IMG/VR virus record: IMGVR_UViG_3300033070_001154
Span: 1 to 64,000 of that record
Length of the DNA: 64,000 nucleotides
DNA from: a virus
Taxonomy: Duplodnaviria; Caudoviricetes
Reading direction: 5' to 3' (one strand)
Each line of letters begins with the position of its first letter. Within the stretch, counting starts at the first letter, position 1. The notes under the pieces are model-generated. The model ran no database searches. It was not told the origin of the DNA and worked only from the letters and a program-made list of their open reading frames with translations. The translations under genes were made by a program, and so were the position numbers. Positions 35,181 to 44,039 of this stretch are shown piece after piece.

Positions 35181-36218
35181 TCAAAAAGGGACGTCGTCGT
35201 CGTCACCCGGAACGGTGCCGAACTCCGTCTCCAGGTCCTGCTGGGCGGTGCGCTGGGGGGCCGGAGCGGCCTGACGGGGAGCCGGGGCCTTGGCGGGGGC
35301 GGCGTTGAAGTCGATGAAGGTGTTGACCTTGTCGATGCCAGCGGCGGCCTCCTCGTGGGTACGCATCCGGAGGAAGATGGAGAGGCCGGCCCGATCGTCC
35401 AGGAGCTTCTGGATGGAGGCCTCGTCGTTGGCGATGGGGATGAGGTTGGGCACCTCCACCTCGCGGACCTTGCCGCCGATCATGGCCTTCTCCTTGATGG
35501 TCACGACGCTCACCGGGTAGGTGGTGTCGAGGTCCACGCCGGACTTGACGATGCAGATCTCGGGGCCCTCGTTGGGGTCCGTGAGGTTGGGGTTGTCCCT
35601 GAGGATCTCCACCAGCCCGCCGACCTGGTTCTTGGTCGTGCCCTTCCAGATCCCGCCGCCGACCTGGAACACCCGCACCCCGGAGAACTGCTCGGGCACA
35701 GGCCCGCCCGCCCAGGACGTGAAGACCACGTTCATGGCGATCTGGGTCTTGGCCTTGGAGCCCGCCATCTTCTTGGCGCCGCGGAAGCGGGGGTTGGCCC
35801 GGAGGTAGTCCTTCTGCTGCTCCTCGCTCATCTTCTCCATGGGCCAGTTGATCTGCTCGTTCAGGGCGCGGATGAAGTCGCACCCCTCGCACTGCTCCTC
35901 GCCGTTGCTGTGGCGCCAGAAGCAGTTGAACCCGGCCCACTCCCGGTTGCCCTCGTTGAAGAAGAAGTGCTCGTCGAAGCGCACCCAGGGCATCACCATG
36001 TCGGACATCGCCGGGAGGATCCGGAAGGTCACCCGGCCCGAGTTGGGCCTGCCCTCCTGCTCCGTGGGCAGGTCCTTCTGCTTGACCACCAGACCCTTGG
36101 TGCTCTTCCCCACGAACTTGGAGCCACCACCCTTCTTGGCCCCACCCTTGGCAGCGGCGATCTCCGCTTCCAGGGCAGCCGCGTCGATGGGCGCGTTGTT
36201 GCTATTGATGTTTCCCAT
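35181..36218 (-). CDS. Single-stranded DNA-binding protein (T4 gp32-like)
   Basis: RVTFRILP..PW...H.F..NC..CEGC, LTDPNEG..I.KSG...T.Y.V and an acidic C-terminal DDDVPF tail. Confidence 0.8.
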   Translation of the reverse strand: MGNINSNNAPIDAAALEAEIAAAKGGAKKGGGSKFVGKSTKGLVVKQKDLPTEQEGRPNSGRVTFRILPAMSDMVMPWVRFDEHFFFNEGNREWAGFNCFWRHSNGEEQCEGCDFIRALNEQINWPMEKMSEEQQKDYLRANPRFRGAKKMAGSKAKTQIAMNVVFTSWAGGPVPEQFSGVRVFQVGGGIWKGTTKNQVGGLVEILRDNPNLTDPNEGPEICIVKSGVDLDTTYPVSVVTIKEKAMIGGKVREVEVPNLIPIANDEASIQKLLDDRAGLSIFLRMRTHEEAAAGIDKVNTFIDFNAAPAKAPAPRQAAPAPQRTAQQDLETEFGTVPGDDDDVPF

Positions 36219-36266
36219 TGTCCTTAGTCCCTTTCACATGGAGCTCTCTGGCTCCGTCCTTCAGAC

Positions 36267-36719
36267 TCAGCCTGCCCGACGCTTGGAGGAGTCGGAGATC
36301 CCAGCCCGCTGCTGCGAGATGCTGTTGTTGCCCAGCTGCTCCAGCATCCGGGACTTGGACATCAGGGCCAGCACCGCCGCACGCATCCGCTTGGCGTTGC
36401 CCTCGGCCTGGATGTACTTCACGCGGTAGCGGCTGTACTCCGGATCCGTCTCGATCCCCGCCTCCAGCCCCGACTCGGTCAGCTTCTCCGACTTGTCCGC
36501 CCGGAGACGCTTGTAGACCTCGGCGTGCTTCTGCTCCATGTCGGCCTTGGCCTGGAGCTGCATCTCGATCGCCGTGGCCTCCAGGTTGCCCCAGTGCCAG
36601 AGCAACCCCGGCATCCGCCGGAACTCCGCATCCAGGTCGGCGCCCACACCCAGAGCCGACACGATCCCCATGTCCTCGTTGCCCATCTCTTCTCTCTCCT
36701 CGGACCACTCTGGGTCCAT
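36267..36719 (-). CDS. UvsY-like recombination mediator
   Basis: Helical 150 aa, KLTESGLEAGIETDPEY...LMSKSRML pattern; adjacent to the SSB gene. Confidence 0.65.
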   Translation of the reverse strand: MDPEWSEEREEMGNEDMGIVSALGVGADLDAEFRRMPGLLWHWGNLEATAIEMQLQAKADMEQKHAEVYKRLRADKSEKLTESGLEAGIETDPEYSRYRVKYIQAEGNAKRMRAAVLALMSKSRMLEQLGNNSISQQRAGISDSSKRRAG

Positions 36720-36747
36720 TCCCGCCGCCTTTGTGGCGACAGAGACT

Positions 36748-37194
36748 TTATGCCACTTCCGGGGCTACTCGTCCCCGGAAGAACAGGGTCAGGTGGACGT
36801 AGCCTGTCCGACCAGCGCGTAGCGCCTGCGGTGTGAACCCGTGTGCAGCGGCTCCGAGATCAGCAGCCCCCGCTTCTCCAGCCTGATGCAGACGGAGTTC
36901 ACGGAGTTGTTGAGCACCTCGGTCCCGAAGTCCGTGTTGATCTTGTCCGTGATCCAGGGCACCGACAGGAAGCGCCTTCTTCCTGGTCCTCTTCGGGACC
37001 GACTCTGACATCCGCCTGTGCACCTGCTCCGCTACTGCGTGCAGCGCGAACACATCACGATCGCAGTCCAGACACGTCCCCCCTGTCGGAGGGACCTCCA
37101 CGCCGAGGATCAACTTCACCCTCCCCAGCATCCAGGCCGGAGGCTCATCAACCTCCGGCGATTCCTCTCCGCACCGCCTGCACACCCTCGCCAT
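36748..37194 (-). CDS. Zn-ribbon protein (CxxC...CxxC); only the part above ~36975 looks coding
   Basis: MARVCRRC...GTCLDC; codon bias is lost after ...RTRKK. Confidence 0.5.
   Translation of the reverse strand: MARVCRRCGEESPEVDEPPAWMLGRVKLILGVEVPPTGGTCLDCDRDVFALHAVAEQVHRRMSESVPKRTRKKALPVGALDHGQDQHGLRDRGAQQLRELRLHQAGEAGAADLGAAAHGFTPQALRAGRTGYVHLTLFFRGRVAPEVA
36756..36781 (-). terminator. GC-rich hairpin between the wHTH ORF and the UvsY-like gene
   Basis: CTTCCGGGG-CTACTCGT-CCCCGGAAG, perfect 9-bp stem; no U-tract. Confidence 0.4.
36789..36962 (-). CDS. Winged-helix domain ORF missed by the track (own GTG start, or frameshifted continuation of 37194)
   Basis: (RRFLS)VPWITDKINTDFGTEVLNNSVNSVCIRLEKRGLLISEPLHTGSHRRRYALVGQATST; first ~40 codons all G/C-ending. 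Confidence 0.65.
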   Translation of the reverse strand: MPWITDKINTDFGTEVLNNSVNSVCIRLEKRGLLISEPLHTGSHRRRYALVGQATST

Positions 37195-37215
37195 ACCCTC
37201 TCCTCTCTTATGCCC

Positions 37216-40200
37216 TCACTTGAGCTTGACCTTTTCCATCTGCCCCCAAGACCGGCCCTTCTTCACGTCGATGGCCAGCGGGACCTTCTGGAGATAGCCC
37301 ACCTTCTGACCGGGGATGTTGTCGGTCATGAGCTGCTGGAGATAGGCGATGGTCTTGTCCACGTCCTCGTCCCTCACCATCAGCATGATCGAGTCGTAGA
37401 TCTGGAGCAGGAACTGCCCTCCGTTGGTGTTGGCATCCAACCAGAGCTGGGCCTTCCAGATCATGGAAGTGATGATGTCAACCGCACTGCCCTGCGCCTC
37501 CCCGTTCCAGGAAGATCGGGCGTGGTTCTGCCACCGGGTCTTGTCCGCGCTCTTCTCCCTGTCCGACGGATTGGGAGGAGGTAACCCGAGGTGCCAGAGC
37601 GGTCGGTGCCTGGCCTCCTTGCCCCTCCAGCGGGTGACCGACCGACCCGTCATGGTGCAGTCGCCCAGACGCGACTTCATCCAGGGGAGAAGGTTGGTGT
37701 AGGAGCCGAAGAGAGCCGTGGCCAGATCGTTGCCCTCCTTGCTGGAGATGCCCAGGCGCTTGGAGAGCATGAAGCCCAGCTGCTCGGGCAGCTCGTAGAT
37801 GGCCGCGAAGTTGGTCGTCTTGGCCCTCTCCCTGTCGATGTCCGTAACCTTCTCCGGATCCTTGCCCAGGACCGTGGCGAACCTCTTGGCCGATGCCATG
37901 TGGAAGTCCACGTTTGCATCACGGATGATCCCGATGCCCAGTGGGTCATCACACAGGTCCATCACCTCCCGAATCTCGATCTGCCCTTCGTCCGCCTCCA
38001 GCAGGGTCCAGCCCTGGGGCATGGCGTGGCACTCCCGGAGCATCGTTCCGAGCTTGCGGGACTCCTCATCACGGCCCTTGAGCCGGTTGAAAAAGTTGGG
38101 ATCAGAGCTCGATGGGCGACCCGTGTTGTGGGTGACGATACCGCCCGTGACGTGGCTCTCGTCCTCTTCGACGGTGAGCCCGTAGACTATCTCGCTCGGA
38201 AGAACCTCGATCTTGTCGATCGGGCTGTCGTAGAACCTGTGCGGCCTGCCGAGTCGGCCAGTGAAGGCCATACCGACCATGAGCGTGGTGACCATCACCC
38301 CCGGTTCAAGCTCATCTGCCCTCATCCAACCTTCGGGGGTCATGTACATGTGGTTCCCCGAGGTACGGAGTGTGAGCCCAGACTTGGTTGTCACACGGTA
38401 GATACGAGACGCCGGGAAGACAGCGGAGTCCGTCACAGGTCGCCAGCGGCCCATATGGGTCATCACCAACTCCCCAGGTGCAATCTCTTCAACCTTCCTG
38501 TACCCCGTGGAAGTGAGCACCAGCTCCCCTGCGGGCATACACTCGGTCCCGTCCTGGAGGAAGCTGGGATGTACCCGGCCATCGCTCCGGATGTACGGGA
38601 GCAGCCCCTCCGCGAAGTTGTCCTGGGTGTGCTTGTACATCTTCCAGGCCAGGATCAGATCGACCAGAGGGTGCTTGCCCTTGAACTCCTCCATCGTGCC
38701 CTTGTCCATCTGCGTCTGACCCGTGACGGTCTTGCGCTTGGACTTGAAGCCCCGCTTCTCCAGGGCCTTCACCACCTGCTGTGGAGCGTTGGGATTGAGA
38801 CCCGGCTCGTGGGCCTGAATCTTCAGGCCCAGCTTGTCGATCTCCACGTTCAGGTAGTCGCGGAGCAGCTCCACCCGCTTCTTGTCCGTAGGAAAGCCGG
38901 TGAGTCGGGCGCAACACCAGGCCCACATCGCCGGCTGGGCCACCTCGTCCCAGACCATGTGGAGATTGGGGTTCTCGATCAGACGATCGTTGCACCACTC
39001 CTCCAGGTAGAAGCTGGTGAGCGCATCCCTGGCGCAGTAGCGATGCAGGATGCGGGTGTCCAGGTAGCGGTAGGCGAACTTCTCCTCGTCGAAGCCCTGG
39101 TCCAGGTACTCGAACCACTCATCAGGCACGCACCGCTTCTTGAGGTGGCGAAGCTCCGGCTCAGGGCGCTTCCGCCCCGTAGGGGTCGGGTGCCTCGCCA
39201 TCGCCAGCTTGCGGAGCTCGGTGCCGATGGCCGTGATCAGGGAGTGGGCTTCGACCTTGTGACCCCCCATCCCCACCAGCTCCGCAGCCGTTCCAAGGTC
39301 TGCCTTGGCATCCGCCTCGAAGAGCTTGCGCTTGATCCGGGAGTCCGACTGGAGATTGAGAATCCAACGGTTGCGACGGGAAACCTGCTGCCCCTTGATC
39401 AGAGGCTCGCACTCCATCGCCACCAGATCGTACTGACCATTCCAGGTAGCCTGCGCCTGCTCCTCCAGAACCACTGCCAGCGCCCCGACCACAGCAGGGT
39501 TCTCGATGGCATCCCGACCCCAGACGTAGGTGTCCTCCCCGTTGGACACAGCCACGCACTCCACACGGAAGTCGGGCTCGTGAAGCATCCCCGAGGTCTC
39601 AGAGTCCATCGCCGTGAAGGGTCCACGGAGAAGCACCTCCATCGCCTCTACAGCGTCCTCCTCGGTCCGAACCTCCTGGTAGGTGGCATCCAGGCCCCGG
39701 AAGGCCGGAAGGGTGCCCAGGAGGGCAGCACGGAGGTCCTCTTCCAATGCCCTGGCGATCAGCTTGTTCCGCATGGCGTAGCTGGGGTCGCCGAGCAGGA
39801 AGGCCGGACGGGGCTCCGGGTCCATGAATCCGCCCTCGTCTTGGCGGAAGAACCACCCGAAGCCCTTGCGGACCGAGAGCGGCTGGAAGCTGCGACCCAG
39901 GAACCCGAGGCCAGCCAGTCCATCGAAGAGCAGGACGACCTTGGGGTCGGCGTCCTTGAGGATCCCGTGGAGGTAGGGCCGGCAGGCCTCGACGGGCTCG
40001 ACCAGGTCCTTGGCTTCCATCCCGGGGGCAGGCTTGCAGCCGAGGGCGTAGGTGTAGACGACCTTGCGATCGGGGGCGATACGGGCGATCAGCTCCCGTA
40101 GCCAGCGACCGGATTGGGAGGCAGCGGGACGGCCAAGGTGTCGCTCGAACTCTGTGGGGTGGTCCAGGACCACCAGGATGTCACCGGGCTCCCCCTCCGC

Positions 40201-40332
40201 AGGGAGACAGCGCTTGCCCTCCGGGTTGCTCTGGGAGAGCTCGCAGAGGTTGCAGTTGGGATCCTTGTCCAGGCTGTGGACCTTCTGAACCTCAGGAAGC
40301 GGGATCTCGGGGAAGATCGGCAGTCGTCTCAT
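37216..40332 (-). CDS. Family A DNA polymerase with N-terminal UDG-like domain, 3'-5' exonuclease and mini-intein
   Basis: Exo I DSET, Exo II NGQYD, Exo III YCARD; TGR.SSSDPN; motif A ADEGQIEIR, motif B RAKTTNFAAIY, motif C QIYDS. N-terminal CNLC..GCKP..ACRP. Start placed at MRRLP. Confidence 0.92.
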   Translation of the reverse strand: MRRLPIFPEIPLPEVQKVHSLDKDPNCNLCELSQSNPEGKRCLPAEGEPGDILVVLDHPTEFERHLGRPAASQSGRWLRELIARIAPDRKVVYTYALGCKPAPGMEAKDLVEPVEACRPYLHGILKDADPKVVLLFDGLAGLGFLGRSFQPLSVRKGFGWFFRQDEGGFMDPEPRPAFLLGDPSYAMRNKLIARALEEDLRAALLGTLPAFRGLDATYQEVRTEEDAVEAMEVLLRGPFTAMDSETSGMLHEPDFRVECVAVSNGEDTYVWGRDAIENPAVVGALAVVLEEQAQATWNGQYDLVAMECEPLIKGQQVSRRNRWILNLQSDSRIKRKLFEADAKADLGTAAELVGMGGHKVEAHSLITAIGTELRKLAMARHPTPTGRKRPEPELRHLKKRCVPDEWFEYLDQGFDEEKFAYRYLDTRILHRYCARDALTSFYLEEWCNDRLIENPNLHMVWDEVAQPAMWAWCCARLTGFPTDKKRVELLRDYLNVEIDKLGLKIQAHEPGLNPNAPQQVVKALEKRGFKSKRKTVTGQTQMDKGTMEEFKGKHPLVDLILAWKMYKHTQDNFAEGLLPYIRSDGRVHPSFLQDGTECMPAGELVLTSTGYRKVEEIAPGELVMTHMGRWRPVTDSAVFPASRIYRVTTKSGLTLRTSGNHMYMTPEGWMRADELEPGVMVTTLMVGMAFTGRLGRPHRFYDSPIDKIEVLPSEIVYGLTVEEDESHVTGGIVTHNTGRPSSSDPNFFNRLKGRDEESRKLGTMLRECHAMPQGWTLLEADEGQIEIREVMDLCDDPLGIGIIRDANVDFHMASAKRFATVLGKDPEKVTDIDRERAKTTNFAAIYELPEQLGFMLSKRLGISSKEGNDLATALFGSYTNLLPWMKSRLGDCTMTGRSVTRWRGKEARHRPLWHLGLPPPNPSDREKSADKTRWQNHARSSWNGEAQGSAVDIITSMIWKAQLWLDANTNGGQFLLQIYDSIMLMVRDEDVDKTIAYLQQLMTDNIPGQKVGYLQKVPLAIDVKKGRSWGQMEKVKLK
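38125..38541 (-). mobile_element. 139-aa mini-intein in the DNA polymerase
   Basis: Begins CMPAGELVLT, block B TSGNH, block F VYGLTV, ends GIVTHN, +1 residue Thr. Excision restores QDGTE-TGRPSS. No endonuclease motifs. Confidence 0.9.
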
Positions 40333-40336
40333 GTTG

Positions 40337-40561
40337 CTATCTCGCATATGGAAGGAGAGAGGTGTAGGCGCGATCCAGTGCACGGAGCCCCGGCTCGCAA
40401 CAGTGACAGACCAGCACGAGGTTGCCGTTGTCCGCGGTGCAACTGTACCGGGGCTGTGCTCCCAGGATCTCCAGGACAGGTCGCAGTTCTCCGGTGACGT
40501 AGACGAAGTCCCCATCCCACGGCCCATTACAGATCACACAGGCCAGGGACGGGGACGACAT
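40337..40561 (-). CDS. Small Zn-finger-like protein
   Basis: CVIC...CHCC in 74 aa between two genes. Confidence 0.5.
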   Translation of the reverse strand: MSSPSLACVICNGPWDGDFVYVTGELRPVLEILGAQPRYSCTADNGNLVLVCHCCEPGLRALDRAYTSLLPYAR

Positions 40562-40570
40562 GGCGGGGTC

Positions 40571-41512
40571 TCAGGTCTGAGAGGGCTGGACGGGATGGTA
40601 CGCCTGGCTGGGGAGGATGCAGCTCACATCCGAACCGTCGTGGTTCACGATCACGGTGGTGGTGTTCCGCTCGATCTCCGGTGACCGGAAGTTCCGGTCA
40701 TGAAGGATGACCGTGGTGTTCGTGCCCTCGTCCTTCAACCGGGCATCGGAGCCGAGCCTCACCACGGCCCTCGCAGCTCTGGGACGGACGTGACAGATGG
40801 CACCGCTAGCCACGTCGGCTGATCCGTCGCGACAGTCCACGACCATCTTGGCCTTGCTGCCATTGGCGCACCCGTAGGCCCCAGGATCGCGGACGATGAT
40901 GGTACCGCCGTTGTAGGCTCGTGCCTGTCCACCGCGGTGGACATCGGCGGTGCCCCCATAGAGAACAGCCTCCCCGCCAGAGAAGACATCCGCACGGGCC
41001 TGCTCGTAGAGGGTTACGGTACCGCCGGTGGAGACGGTGACCACGGACCTTCCGTAGGCCTTCACGCTCCTGGTGCGCTTGTCGAGCGTGAGACGCGCCG
41101 TGCCCCCGACGTAGATGCTCCTGTGGCCCTCCAGCTTCTTGACGGGAATCTCACCATCGCCATGGAAGATCCCGAACTGCTCCAGCTCCTCCACGGTCAG
41201 AGGGCGTAGCAGTCTCACCTCGGGGACGGCGAACTTGTCCCCGCGATTGTGGACCTGTCGCTTGCCCCTGTACTCGACCACATAGGCCACGCACTTCTGG
41301 CTCTCCGACCACCATTCCTGGGGGGCGTAGGTCAGATGGTAGCCGGTGTTGCAGATCGCCACCTTCGTCTTGGGCAGCCACGCTCCGGGCTCGTAGGTGC
41401 CATCGGTATTGAGCTTGGGAAGGGGCCACTTGAGCTTGCCCCCGTGGAAGCTCCGGCCCGAGAGCAGGACCTTGATCCCCTGCCTCGGGCCGAGGAACTT
41501 CGGGCGTTTCAC
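40571..41512 (-). CDS. Conserved phage hypothetical with C-terminal beta-helical repeats
   Basis: CNTGYHL..P..W..AY.VE..GDKF....VRLLRPL domain, then A.V..GG.A-type repeats. Confidence 0.7.
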   Translation of the reverse strand: MKRPKFLGPRQGIKVLLSGRSFHGGKLKWPLPKLNTDGTYEPGAWLPKTKVAICNTGYHLTYAPQEWWSESQKCVAYVVEYRGKRQVHNRGDKFAVPEVRLLRPLTVEELEQFGIFHGDGEIPVKKLEGHRSIYVGGTARLTLDKRTRSVKAYGRSVVTVSTGGTVTLYEQARADVFSGGEAVLYGGTADVHRGGQARAYNGGTIIVRDPGAYGCANGSKAKMVVDCRDGSADVASGAICHVRPRAARAVVRLGSDARLKDEGTNTTVILHDRNFRSPEIERNTTTVIVNHDGSDVSCILPSQAYHPVQPSQT

Positions 41513-42459
41513 GCCCCGACGACCTTCACCTTGCCCGCCGCGGCGAACAGGGGGAAGCGGGTGCTGGTGAGCACCGCACGGATCTCGTCGGCGCTGGTGA
41601 GGAGCGGGTGCCGACCCACCATGGAGAGGAGGAAGTCCTGCACCAGGTCACGGGTGACCTCGCGGGCGTCGTTCGCCTTGGCCATGCAGGCCAGCTTGAC
41701 CGCCGTGCCGAGCTTGGGCGCCGGGTCATCGGTCAGCGACTTGAGGAAGCTCGCCGCCTTGGGGTCATCCTGCACCGCCGCCTCCACAACGGGCGGCGAC
41801 GCGATGTACGAGGAGCCGACGCCTTGCATCATGCGCTGACGCTCCACCAGCAGCTCCTTGATCTTGTCCCCGGCCTCCACGGGGGTGATGTTCATGGTCT
41901 TGGCCAGGTGACCGGCGATCACCAGACGGGCCCGGTCGCGGATCGACGGGTGCCGCTTGAACAGGTCCTGGCTCTCCAGCCAGATCCGGACCGCGGAGGG
42001 CGGATCGACCACCTCGCGGAGCGAGTCCTCGAACACCCCGAAGGCCATCTCGTCCTCCGCCTCCCGGTCCTCCGGAGCGATCTCGGCGGGCTTGGGAGCG
42101 TCGAGCCGGCCCCCCATGTCCACCTTGAAGTCGTCCTCCGGGGGAACCACCGGAGCCGCCACCGGGGTGACCGGGAGCTCGCGCTGCGCCAGGCCCTTGA
42201 GGTCCGGACCCTCGGGCGTCACCACCGGCTCGGGCTTGGGCTCCTCGATCGCCGTCTTGGACTTGCGGGTCTTCTTGGGCTCCTCCACGGAGACCAGCTC
42301 CATCTCCGAGGCGAGGTACCGCTCCAGCTTGTCCACCAGCGCCATCGCCTCCCCACGGGGGATGCCGTTCTCGCTGTTGGAGGTGAGCACCACCGTCAGC
42401 TCCTCCTCGCCCCAGTTGACGGTGGTCACCGTGAGGCCGTGCTTCTTCTCGTTCGTCAT
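41509..42459 (-). CDS. Hypothetical acidic/Pro-rich protein, probably highly expressed
   Basis: MTNEKKHG start with GAGAGAGGGA RBS; near-complete GC3. Confidence 0.75.
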   Translation of the reverse strand: MTNEKKHGLTVTTVNWGEEELTVVLTSNSENGIPRGEAMALVDKLERYLASEMELVSVEEPKKTRKSKTAIEEPKPEPVVTPEGPDLKGLAQRELPVTPVAAPVVPPEDDFKVDMGGRLDAPKPAEIAPEDREAEDEMAFGVFEDSLREVVDPPSAVRIWLESQDLFKRHPSIRDRARLVIAGHLAKTMNITPVEAGDKIKELLVERQRMMQGVGSSYIASPPVVEAAVQDDPKAASFLKSLTDDPAPKLGTAVKLACMAKANDAREVTRDLVQDFLLSMVGRHPLLTSADEIRAVLTSTRFPLFAAAGKVKVVGA

Positions 42460-42527
42460 GATCTTGATTCCCTCTCTCGATCTCTCCACTACAGGTACCA
42501 GAACCGCTCCGGCACCTTCTGCCCGGA

Positions 42528-42881
42528 TCAGGTCGATCCGTTCATGCCCTTCTTCATCCAGATGTCGATGCTCGGGCTCACCCCCGTGGGATCCGGTCGC
42601 ACCTCCACCAGGAACTCGTGCCCGTTGGCCAGAAGCAGGTGCAGGGCCTTCTGCCCCTTCGGCAGGTAGCCCACCACCGAAGCCTTCTCCCCCTCCGGCC
42701 TCGCCACCACCCTGACCGCCCACTGGTCGTGCTGGTTGTTGCTCTGTGCCTGTACCTTCACGGGCAGACCCGGAACGAACTGGTGCATCCGCTGCGCCCA
42801 GTCGTGGTGGGGCGCTCCCACCACGCTCGACGTGGCGATCTGAAAGTAGCCCTCGAACCTGTTGACCGTCTCTTCGCTCAT
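42528..42881 (-). CDS. HIRAN domain protein
   Basis: VVGAPHH...PGLPV...NNQHDQWAVRV...VGYLP; ATGA-coupled to the primase. Confidence 0.7.
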   Translation of the reverse strand: MSEETVNRFEGYFQIATSSVVGAPHHDWAQRMHQFVPGLPVKVQAQSNNQHDQWAVRVVARPEGEKASVVGYLPKGQKALHLLLANGHEFLVEVRPDPTGVSPSIDIWMKKGMNGST

Positions 42882-43765
42882 CGCTTCCTCAGTAGCTTTC
42901 GGGCCTCTTCGTAGATCCAGGCCCTGTCCATGTTGTCCGGATCCATCTTCGGGGGCAGCCTGATCGTTCCCCCCCGAATCCCCATCACCTCCATCGTCAG
43001 TGCCGCTGCCTCCCCCTTCCTCCATGCATCCCCATCCAATACCCAAACCACGGGACGCTTCGCTGCCCTGAGCTTCTCCATCTGCTCGTGGCCCCAGGTC
43101 CCCAGGACCGCAAAGCCATCCGGATAGAGGAAGGCCGCATCCAGAGTACCTTCGACTCCCAGAGCCGGGACATCCGTCTCCTTCCAGAGCACCTCCTCCC
43201 GGTAGAGCACCTTCGCCCTGCTCATCCCCCTGGAGTACAGGTAGGGAAGGCTGGACTTCTTCGTGTAGTCCCTGCCCACATACCCAAACCAGGAGCTCGG
43301 ATCGTGAGGATCCAGGATCGGGATGATCAGCCTGCCTCGGAAGTCCTGCTCGCCCTCCTCACGGTTCGCCCGGTGAAGGGTCATACCCATTCGGGTCGCG
43401 GCTATTGCGTCTCTTGTTATGCCACGTTTCAGCGCGTACTCGTGCGCCGCGTTGCCGATTATCGACGGATATCGACCGAGTTCATGGAAACCCTCCGGCG
43501 GGTCAACCAGCGACACCGCATTGCCGGGGCGGGAAGGGGTCTGGAAGGCGCGGGAGAGTGCGTCTTGGGGCGTAAGCCACCCGTAGGCTTTGCAGCGCCA
43601 GCAAGACCACTTTCCGGTCGCTGGGATGTAGTCGAGCTTCTTCTTCCGGGTGTGATGTCCGGAGAGGAGACAGAAGGGGCAGACGGCCCGGATGATCCCG
43701 TTGGAGTCCCGCTCCGAGGAGACGGCCTCCAGCACCAGTTGGGTTCTACGATCCATGGGGATCAC
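42878..43765 (-). CDS. DNA primase (Zn finger + TOPRIM)
   Basis: CPFC...W.CWRC; FRGRLIIPI..GYVGR; VEGTLDA..AVLGT; DGDAW..G. Confidence 0.9.
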   Translation of the reverse strand: MIPMDRRTQLVLEAVSSERDSNGIIRAVCPFCLLSGHHTRKKKLDYIPATGKWSCWRCKAYGWLTPQDALSRAFQTPSRPGNAVSLVDPPEGFHELGRYPSIIGNAAHEYALKRGITRDAIAATRMGMTLHRANREEGEQDFRGRLIIPILDPHDPSSWFGYVGRDYTKKSSLPYLYSRGMSRAKVLYREEVLWKETDVPALGVEGTLDAAFLYPDGFAVLGTWGHEQMEKLRAAKRPVVWVLDGDAWRKGEAAALTMEVMGIRGGTIRLPPKMDPDNMDRAWIYEEARKLLRKR

Positions 43766-44039
43766 GCCCTGCCCAGATGCGGGTGAGGTAGTAGACGGCG
43801 TACCGGACGGCTGCGAGCTCCGAGGTGAAGTAGGCCCGACAGACCAGGATCTCGGATGTTCCCACGGTGAGGAAGACCCAGGAGCACGGGTCTTGCAGCT
43901 CCGGTGACCAGGACGAGTGGCCGCACACCCCGGCTGTGCAGCCGTCGACCATGGCTACCGCGTGGCTACGGATCGCCTGCCGGATCTTCCTCCTCTGATT
44001 CACAATCACGGTGCTCGGGTCCTGGGACGGGTTCGTCAT
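43746..44039 (-). CDS. Hypothetical protein
   Basis: MTNPSQDP..., 97 aa; C-terminal part of track ORF 43746..44297. Confidence 0.5.
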   Translation of the reverse strand: MTNPSQDPSTVIVNQRRKIRQAIRSHAVAMVDGCTAGVCGHSSWSPELQDPCSWVFLTVGTSEILVCRAYFTSELAAVRYAVYYLTRIWAGRDPHGS

